Assembly (NCBI GenBank): GCA_965660855.1
Contig: CBFIBM010000004.1
Location: 1 to 64,000, forward strand
DNA length: 64,000 nt
Reading direction: 5' to 3'
DNA from: an uncultured bacterium
GTDB lineage: Bacteria > Fidelibacterota > Marinisomatia > Marinisomatales > UBA1611
The notes beneath the pieces are model-generated. The model saw only the letters and a list, made by a program, of their open reading frames with translations, was not told the origin of the DNA and did not search any database. The position numbers were made by a program, and so were the translations under genes. Below are positions 57,659 through 64,000 of this stretch, piece after piece. Numbering within the stretch: position 1 is the stretch's first letter; each line of letters begins with the position of its first letter.

Positions 57659-60085
57659 TTAAAATTGTTGTCCAAATGTCAATGTTGTTTTCCAGGCAGG
57701 ATCCAATTCCCCAGAAGAATCAACTCTGTCGAATCCATATCCAATATCAAATCCAAGTTTTCCTATCATTGGCATAAAAAACCTAATTCCTGCTCCAACA
57801 GACCTTTTTAAATCCATAGGGCCATTTCTTGGAAGGTTTAATCTCTCCATTAAATCATTTGAAGACCAAATATTTCCCATTTCGGCAAATACTATACCGT
57901 AAACTACGGGATTTTCTGCAAATGGCACTCTAAATTCTGTCCCAATTTTCACCATAGTATTTCCACCAATAGGATTACCACTTGTAGTGAGAGGCCCCAC
58001 TCTATTGTCATCGTATCCCCTTAGAGGATTACCATATGGAATTCCATTTCCTCCCATTATAAAACGATCATTGTAGGGAATAAAAGAAATCCCCCCATTT
58101 TTTGAAGGGAGTTCCTTTATAACACCAATTTTAAAAGAATTTGTCAATACAAATTTCCAAAAAGTAGGTGTATACCATTCTAAGTTTAATGTGTGTTTGT
58201 GAAAATTTTCTTGTCCTCCTAAAGCCCAACCGGATAATGTTGAGTTTAAGGAGAAATGGGAACCTAATGTTGGGAATTCAGGATGATCTCTACTATCCCT
58301 CCTTAAAGATTGAGTCAAAGAGATACCATCGGATTGTTTCATACCACCTGCATATCTATCAAGATCTTCTTGAGTCCCTTTATTAATTCTTCTAGCCATT
58401 TGAAAGGACCATGTTCCTCTAAAAAAGTCATCTGGCCACTTAAAAATTCTACCCCACATAATACTTCCACCAGCGAGTGTTGTAAGTAACGGGGAATAAT
58501 AAGCAGTTGAACCTCCTCCTTGTAATCTATAAAAAACAGACCCACCTAATAAGTTTTTAGTATCATTAACCATCGGGTCTGTGAAGCTGATGCTAGCTGT
58601 TCTGTATTTTGGTTGATTCGAATTAAAATTTTGATAATTATACGATGAATTTGATCCACCAACATTTGTTCCTACATTAAAACTAAAACTAAAACTTTGT
58701 CCTTTCCCTCTAAAGTTAGGAAGTGCAAGTCCACCACCACCTGTCATTCCCAAGGATTGGGTATAGCCCATGTTTGCGCTAGCTTGTCCTGCTGGTTTTT
58801 CTTCAACCGTAAATTCAATATCTACCTTGTCTTCAGAAACTGGTAAAATATTTGGATTTGCATTCGCAAAAAAATTTAGCATCATAACTTCTCGATAACT
58901 ACGAGCAATTCTATCTTGGTTGTATACATCACCTGGGAAAATTCTTAACTGCCTTCTTATGACATTTTCACGTGTTCTTGTATTCCCAACTATAGAAATA
59001 TTATCTATATATACTTTATGATTTTCAACTATTGAAAACTTTACATCCAAAGAATCTTTTTCTACTGGTGTTACTTGAGGCTCAATACGACTATAGATGT
59101 ATCCCCTATCTAGATAAAGACCTTGAACTCTAGAAAAAACAGCCATATTGAAGGCCTCTTCATTATAAATATCGCCTTTCTCTAAGGCAAGCGCTCTATT
59201 CAATTCTGTTTGAGTAAATAAAGACATACCTTCCCAGGAAAAATTTCTGTATTTATACGGGGGACCTTCTTCAACTTTAATTATTAAATTCATCTTTCTT
59301 TTATTCTTAGAATAATTTATTGAATCACTAACAATACTAAAGTCTCTATATCCTTTGTTCTTATAAAATGCGGATAGCAGAAGAAGATCTTCATCAAATT
59401 TCTTATTATCAAATGTAGATCTCCAAAAGAAATACCAGGGCTGTTGCTTTGTTTCTTTTAATTGCCATCTAAGTCTAAAATCAGAAAAAGTTTCATTTCC
59501 TTCAAATACTACTTTACCAATTTTAGTTTTATTATTTTCTTTAATAGTAAAACGTATATTTCTAGCTAACTCTTTACCTCTTCCTCCAAATAAAGTAATT
59601 TTTTCTTTTGGAACTACTAATGATGAGCTAACCTGAATATTTAAAAACCCCTTCTCCGCGTATAGTCTTTTTATTATTTCTTCCGCTTTTTTAATGGTAT
59701 TAGGTTTTATTCTTTGCCCTTCAGAAAAAGATAATTCTTCATCAAGTTTAGAATTTTTTAATTTTCTATTACCGTTATACAATATTTTATTCAACACATA
59801 GTTTTCTGAAACTGCAATGATTATAGATAGACCTTTGGAAGATTCTTCATCGTATTCTATTTGTATATCTTGGAATAGACCTAGTTTCCACAATCGCTTT
59901 ATTGCTCTAGGAAAATCAACAGGCGATATACTTTGCCCTTCCTTAATTCCTGCAGTAAATAAAATTGTATTTTCAGAAGTAATAATATTTCCCCTAACGC
60001 TAACTTTATTAATTATAATCTTCTGATTTGCATTTTGAGTAAAACAAAATAAATGAAAAAAAAGATAAATAAATAAAATCTTCAT
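57659..60085 (-). CDS. bamA: Outer membrane protein assembly factor BamA
   Basis: POTRA repeats (GNTRTRENVIRRQ), LRGY, G.GIR...PMIG.LGFD.GYGFD, terminal F. Confidence 0.96.
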   Translation of the reverse strand: MKILFIYLFFHLFCFTQNANQKIIINKVSVRGNIITSENTILFTAGIKEGQSISPVDFPRAIKRLWKLGLFQDIQIEYDEESSKGLSIIIAVSENYVLNKILYNGNRKLKNSKLDEELSFSEGQRIKPNTIKKAEEIIKRLYAEKGFLNIQVSSSLVVPKEKITLFGGRGKELARNIRFTIKENNKTKIGKVVFEGNETFSDFRLRWQLKETKQQPWYFFWRSTFDNKKFDEDLLLLSAFYKNKGYRDFSIVSDSINYSKNKRKMNLIIKVEEGPPYKYRNFSWEGMSLFTQTELNRALALEKGDIYNEEAFNMAVFSRVQGLYLDRGYIYSRIEPQVTPVEKDSLDVKFSIVENHKVYIDNISIVGNTRTRENVIRRQLRIFPGDVYNQDRIARSYREVMMLNFFANANPNILPVSEDKVDIEFTVEEKPAGQASANMGYTQSLGMTGGGGLALPNFRGKGQSFSFSFNVGTNVGGSNSSYNYQNFNSNQPKYRTASISFTDPMVNDTKNLLGGSVFYRLQGGGSTAYYSPLLTTLAGGSIMWGRIFKWPDDFFRGTWSFQMARRINKGTQEDLDRYAGGMKQSDGISLTQSLRRDSRDHPEFPTLGSHFSLNSTLSGWALGGQENFHKHTLNLEWYTPTFWKFVLTNSFKIGVIKELPSKNGGISFIPYNDRFIMGGNGIPYGNPLRGYDDNRVGPLTTSGNPIGGNTMVKIGTEFRVPFAENPVVYGIVFAEMGNIWSSNDLMERLNLPRNGPMDLKRSVGAGIRFFMPMIGKLGFDIGYGFDRVDSSGELDPAWKTTLTFGQQF

Positions 60086-60837
60086 TAAGAATTACCAACT
60101 TGTTCACTAACCTTACCAAACCTTCTTTCCCTACTTTGATAATCAATTAATGCTTTTATTAATTCCTCCTTCCTAAAATCTGGCCAGTATGTATCGGTCA
60201 TATAAATTTCAGTATATGCACTCTGCCATAAAAGAAAATTACTAAGTCTACTTTCCCCGCTTGTCCTTATCATTAAATCAGGATCAGGAATCAAATTGGT
60301 GTAAAGATGCTTAGAGAAGAGTTGTTCATTTATATCATCCAGATTTATTGAGCCCTTAAGAACATTTTTTGCTAAAATTTTTGTGGCTTGTATTATTTCA
60401 TGACGACTTCCATAATTTAAAGCAAGAGAAAGGCTTAAACCTGTGTTTTGTCTAGTTAAATCTATTCCTTTTTGTAAACCTCCACTTGTACTTTTGGGTA
60501 ACATATCTAGATCTCCAATCACATTAAATTTTACATTGTTTCTATGGAGATCCTTAACTTCTTTATTAATTGTTTTCAATAATAATTTCATCAAAGCTGT
60601 CACCTCTGCCTTTGGCCTCTTCCAGTTCTCTTTCGAAAAAGTATACAAGGTTAAAAATTTTACCCCAATTTCTCCACATATACGTGTGACCTCTCTGACA
60701 GAATTGATTCCTTCCCGATGTCCTGCAATTCGGGGTAATAGTTTTTTTCTAGCCCATCTACCATTTCCATCCATTATTATAGCTATGTGTCTTGGAACAT
60801 GATCTAATGAAATTCTGTTTTTTATATCGAGTTTCAT
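60085..60837 (-). CDS. uppS: Undecaprenyl diphosphate synthase
   Basis: HIAIIMDGNGRWA, FSKENWKRP, RTSGESRLSNFLLWQ, ERRFG. Confidence 0.97.
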   Translation of the reverse strand: MKLDIKNRISLDHVPRHIAIIMDGNGRWARKKLLPRIAGHREGINSVREVTRICGEIGVKFLTLYTFSKENWKRPKAEVTALMKLLLKTINKEVKDLHRNNVKFNVIGDLDMLPKSTSGGLQKGIDLTRQNTGLSLSLALNYGSRHEIIQATKILAKNVLKGSINLDDINEQLFSKHLYTNLIPDPDLMIRTSGESRLSNFLLWQSAYTEIYMTDTYWPDFRKEELIKALIDYQSRERRFGKVSEQVGNS

Positions 60838-60948
60838 GGATTTATAATGAGATATTTTATGATTGCCTATTTTTTAAAGGATAAAATTTAATAGTATATA
60901 CAATTTTATACTTAAAAAAAATTAGAATTGTTCCAATCTAGAAAAATT

Positions 60949-62064
60949 CTATTTGCTCTGGAAATCTATTTGGATTAAGAGGTTCTCAGTAATTCTTGTA
61001 TAAAAATTTTTTGACGATGAATCTGTTTCTTGGGCAGTAATAGGCACGCCATCATCAGTTGCTAGCATTATTCTTTCTAATATCGGAATTTTACCTAAGA
61101 GAGGGACATCTAATCGCTTACTTTCTATCTCTCCACCACCTTTTTTGAACAGATCAAGAACAACATTAAACTTACCCTCTTTAGATATTTCTATATTTTT
61201 TCCATTTACTTCCAATTTAGTATCTTTATTTAATTCAGAAAGGGAACCATTTATAGAAAGACCTGACATGTTCTCAATGACACCTAAAACAGGTGTGTTT
61301 ACTTTTGTAAACATATCTGCTCCTTTTCTAACATCTGCTAATGCCATATCTTGTGGTGTTGTTACAATCACGGCTCCAGTCATCTTTAACTTTTGAGTTA
61401 AAGTAAGTTGTATATCTCCAGTGCCAGGAGGAAGATCTAAAATCATAAAATCAAGGTCACCCCACTCTACATCCTTAAAAAATTGCTCAGTCATTCTAGA
61501 TACTAAAGGCCCTCTCCATATTACAGGAGTCTCATTACCGCTTATAAACCCAAAGCTCATCACTTTCATACCATATTTTTCTAAGGGGATAAGTTTTTTG
61601 TCATTGGTCATTTCTGGTTGCTCATTTATACCTAATGCTATAGGTAATGAAGGACCATATATATCTAAGTCAAGAAGACCAACTTTATAACCTTTTTTAG
61701 CAAGCGAACAAGCAAGGTTAACAGCAACAGTTGATTTTCCAACACCTCCTTTCCCACTTGCGACTGCTATTATATTTTTTACATTACTTAGTGATGGTTT
61801 TTGTGGTGTTAATGAAGCATTTGGTGAAGAATCTGTGTTTGCTAAAGCAATCTCGACCTCATTATAATCTTTTTTTAATGTAGCCTTAATACTTTCAATT
61901 ACTTGAGATTTTTTGTCTTCATTTTTTGTAGACAAATTAAGTGTAATCACAACTCTTTGACCTACAATTTCAATATCTTTAACCATTCCAAAGGAAATTA
62001 TATCCCTTGAAAAACCTGGGTAATTAATCGTTGATAACTTTTTTAATATTTCTTCTTTATTCAT
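60949..62064 (-). CDS. mrp: Mrp/ApbC/NBP35 P-loop ATPase with N-terminal DUF59-like domain
   Basis: SGKGGVGKST, DIYGPS, WRGP, DLPPGTGD, VTTPQ, ENMS; CxxC missing. Confidence 0.93.
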   Translation of the reverse strand: MNKEEILKKLSTINYPGFSRDIISFGMVKDIEIVGQRVVITLNLSTKNEDKKSQVIESIKATLKKDYNEVEIALANTDSSPNASLTPQKPSLSNVKNIIAVASGKGGVGKSTVAVNLACSLAKKGYKVGLLDLDIYGPSLPIALGINEQPEMTNDKKLIPLEKYGMKVMSFGFISGNETPVIWRGPLVSRMTEQFFKDVEWGDLDFMILDLPPGTGDIQLTLTQKLKMTGAVIVTTPQDMALADVRKGADMFTKVNTPVLGVIENMSGLSINGSLSELNKDTKLEVNGKNIEISKEGKFNVVLDLFKKGGGEIESKRLDVPLLGKIPILERIMLATDDGVPITAQETDSSSKNFYTRITENLLIQIDFQSK

Positions 62065-62075
62065 AATCTTTTAAT

Positions 62076-62104
62076 AAAAAAAAACGGCTGTTTATAAACA
62101 GCCG
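62076..62104 (-). terminator. Intrinsic terminator after ferredoxin
   Basis: Palindrome CGGCTGTTTATAAACAGCCG followed by T9 on the minus strand. Confidence 0.8.
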
Positions 62105-62129
62105 CTTCCGATAAGTTTATAAGAGTTAT

Positions 62130-62435
62130 TTATCCTGGGTAATCCCTTCCGAACCACTCATAATTTATTTTTATATACTTATTCCATTCTTCAGGAACTT
62201 CACTTTCTTCAAATATTGCTTCAACAGGGCACTCAGGTTCACAAGCACCACAATCAATACACTCTTCAGGGTCAATGTAAAGAGAATCTTTTTCATCTGG
62301 AACAAAACCATCTACTTTTGCCTCAGCACCGGCTCCTTCTTTATCATGAGGACCATGGATACAATCCACTGGGCAAACCTCGACGCAAGCGGTGTCACAA
62401 GTCCCAACACAAGGTTCCGCAATGATATAAGTCAT
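62130..62435 (-). CDS. Dicluster (FdxA/7Fe-type) ferredoxin
   Basis: YIIAEPC...CVEVCPVDCI; LYIDPEECIDCGACEPECPVEAI; AGGAG RBS. Confidence 0.95.
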   Translation of the reverse strand: MTYIIAEPCVGTCDTACVEVCPVDCIHGPHDKEGAGAEAKVDGFVPDEKDSLYIDPEECIDCGACEPECPVEAIFEESEVPEEWNKYIKINYEWFGRDYPG

Positions 62436-62564
62436 AATAGTACTCCTACTTAGTTAATTATTTTATTACTTGATTCAATTTAAAATTTAATAGGAAAATA
62501 TTCTTCTTAAAAACATTTTACATAGTTCATCAGAAAAATTATCTGAAAACTAATTTTTTAAGCA

Positions 62565-62918
62565 TTATTCAGAAATATATAATTTTCTATTTTGTAATTC
62601 AGTCATTGTTTTAACTTGTTTAATCTCTTCGACTGCACCTTTTATTTTATCATCTAACTTTTTCAAAATTTTATCATTGGTGGCCATATTATTACTTAGC
62701 TGTATAAAGTCCTTATTTGCAACTATGACTTTATCTTTTGATGTATTCGCATCTTCAATTAACACATCAAGCTGATTTTCAATTTGATTTATTTTCGCTT
62801 TTAAACTATCTGACTGATCATTACTATTTATAACTCTAGAGTTGATCATAAAAAGGCCAATCAGTACTAAAAAAATATTAAAAGCTAGAAGTGCAGTAGT
62901 TGTGTTCTCTTTTTTCAT
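62565..62918 (-). CDS. Hypothetical membrane-anchored coiled-coil protein
   Basis: N-terminal TM then heptad pattern. Confidence 0.65.
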   Translation of the reverse strand: MKKENTTTALLAFNIFLVLIGLFMINSRVINSNDQSDSLKAKINQIENQLDVLIEDANTSKDKVIVANKDFIQLSNNMATNDKILKKLDDKIKGAVEEIKQVKTMTELQNRKLYISE

Positions 62919-62979
62919 AGAATGTATTTTATTTAATGTTAAAGAAGATTATAAGTGCATTAATTATATTTGAAAATAA

Positions 62980-63486
62980 TTAGTACATACTCATAATACC
63001 AAGAATTATTAAAATAAAATATGGAACTAAATCAGCTGCGCCAATATAATCTTTTGCTATTCTTTGCCCCAATAACAGAAAAATTAAAGTAATTGCAATA
63101 TGAACAAAACCATAAAAAATCCATAAAGTTGTTCTTTCTGAAAATGAAAAATAGACGCCATAAACCAATATTAACCCGCCAATTAATTCAAGAATCGTTA
63201 AAATTGAAAGTAATAATGGATATATTTTCCTAAAAATACTTTTTGAGAACTGAACTTTAAAATATTCTAAATTTTCTTCTCGGTAAAAAATTTTATCTAA
63301 TCCTGATTGGATAAAAACTATTGCTATAAAAATTGCAATTAAAATTTGACATAGGACCAGAGGGTCCTTAAATGCTACACCTAAGAGTTCAATTCTATCT
63401 CCATATCGCTCAGCTACAGACTGTGCCAAACTGTAATTAAATATGATTATACTAGTAAAAACTAATTTTAAATAATATTTTAACAA
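62980..63486 (-). CDS. DoxX-like membrane protein
   Basis: F.QSGLDK, ILELIGG, GQRIAKDY.GAA. Confidence 0.8.
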   Translation of the reverse strand: MLKYYLKLVFTSIIIFNYSLAQSVAERYGDRIELLGVAFKDPLVLCQILIAIFIAIVFIQSGLDKIFYREENLEYFKVQFSKSIFRKIYPLLLSILTILELIGGLILVYGVYFSFSERTTLWIFYGFVHIAITLIFLLLGQRIAKDYIGAADLVPYFILIILGIMSMY

Positions 63487-63499
63487 TGTAATACCTCTT

Positions 63500-64000
63500 C
63501 TAGGTTATAAGTTTTAAAACTTGATTTCTAACATGCTCTTTTAAGTCAACAATAGACATTTCAGAGTAATCTTCTTTGAAAATTGGCTTTCCGAATATTA
63601 TTGTTAATCTACCAGGTCTTATTCGCCAATCTGTTTTGTTCTTAGCCTCAAAAGCACCAACTAACCCTACCGGTATAATCGTTGCTCCTGAATTTTTTGC
63701 TAAATGAAATGGACCTTTTTTAAATAACCCTAATTCACCGTTTATAGTTCTCGTTCCTTCAGGAGCAATAATTAAAGAATCTCCTTGTCTTAGTTTATCT
63801 TCCGCTAAAGATAGACTATTTAATGCTTTTTTTAATTTTTTCCTATGAATAGGGATTATCCCATACTTTCTTAAAACATGCCCCCATAATGGATATTTGA
63901 AAATTTCAACAGCGGCAACAGCAGTTAAATAATGCTCAACATATGCTCCAATCATAAATTGATCAAACATAGAACAATGGTTAAACATATATATATACGG
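63500..64000 (-). CDS. plsC: 1-acyl-sn-glycerol-3-phosphate acyltransferase, 5' part outside window
   Basis: NHCSMFD (HX4D), PEGTR, FKKG.F, IIPV; frame open to the window edge. Confidence 0.9.
   Translation of the reverse strand, partial: PYIYMFNHCSMFDQFMIGAYVEHYLTAVAAVEIFKYPLWGHVLRKYGIIPIHRKKLKKALNSLSLAEDKLRQGDSLIIAPEGTRTINGELGLFKKGPFHLAKNSGATIIPVGLVGAFEAKNKTDWRIRPGRLTIIFGKPIFKEDYSEMSIVDLKEHVRNQVLKLIT

Noticed and set aside
2390..62425. Short ORF-track entries nested in or antisense to real genes (e.g. 3197-3451, 3975-4190, 6173-6493, 14746-15108, 31670-31972, 48195-48524, 52534-53034, 60443-60802, 62216-62425)
   Set aside because: Shadow frames of well-supported genes with no motifs
1..64000. 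CRISPR array, rRNA, IS elements, alternative genetic code
   Set aside because: No spaced repeats, rRNA-like tract or transposase seen; TGA, TAA and TAG all terminate conserved genes normally

Overview
AT-rich bacterial chromosomal segment of a diderm, most consistent with a streamlined marine Marinimicrobia (SAR406)/FCB-associated genome (inference from proteorhodopsin, dockerin- and T9SS-CTD-tagged exoproteins, FCB-type long LpxC). 1-11 kb is accessory-like: tRNA-Lys, dockerin esterase, SEC-C/His-repeat protein, blue-tuned proteorhodopsin flanked by two unannotated 59-aa Cys proteins, CstA, a DUF4056-like gene split at an A11 run, and a GH18 lipoprotein. 11-28 kb mixes housekeeping and nutrient-scavenging genes (RNase R, AI-2E, PtrB, CruF-like/sulfotransferase-like/class IV aminotransferase, rlmB, tRNA-Ile2, S1/P1 nuclease, gpmA, SRAP) and holds a stand-alone structured small-RNA/sORF candidate with a 12-nt match to the 16S anti-Shine-Dalgarno. 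28-36 kb is a minus-strand run (degenerate DNA MTase, yqeY, cvpA, dnaG) continuing into three uncharacterised envelope genes (PEGA, peptidoglycan-binding, coiled-coil/beta-barrel) and a collapsed TonB-dependent receptor relic. 38-64 kb is core: nucleoside salvage operon, nfeD-floA, the uppS-bamA-skp-lpxD-lpxC-fabZ-lpxA-dxr-rseP cluster, a CxxC-less Mrp, ferredoxin and plsC (cut by the window end). No CRISPR array, rRNA, integrase or transposase seen. All family calls are from motif recognition by eye, with no database search.
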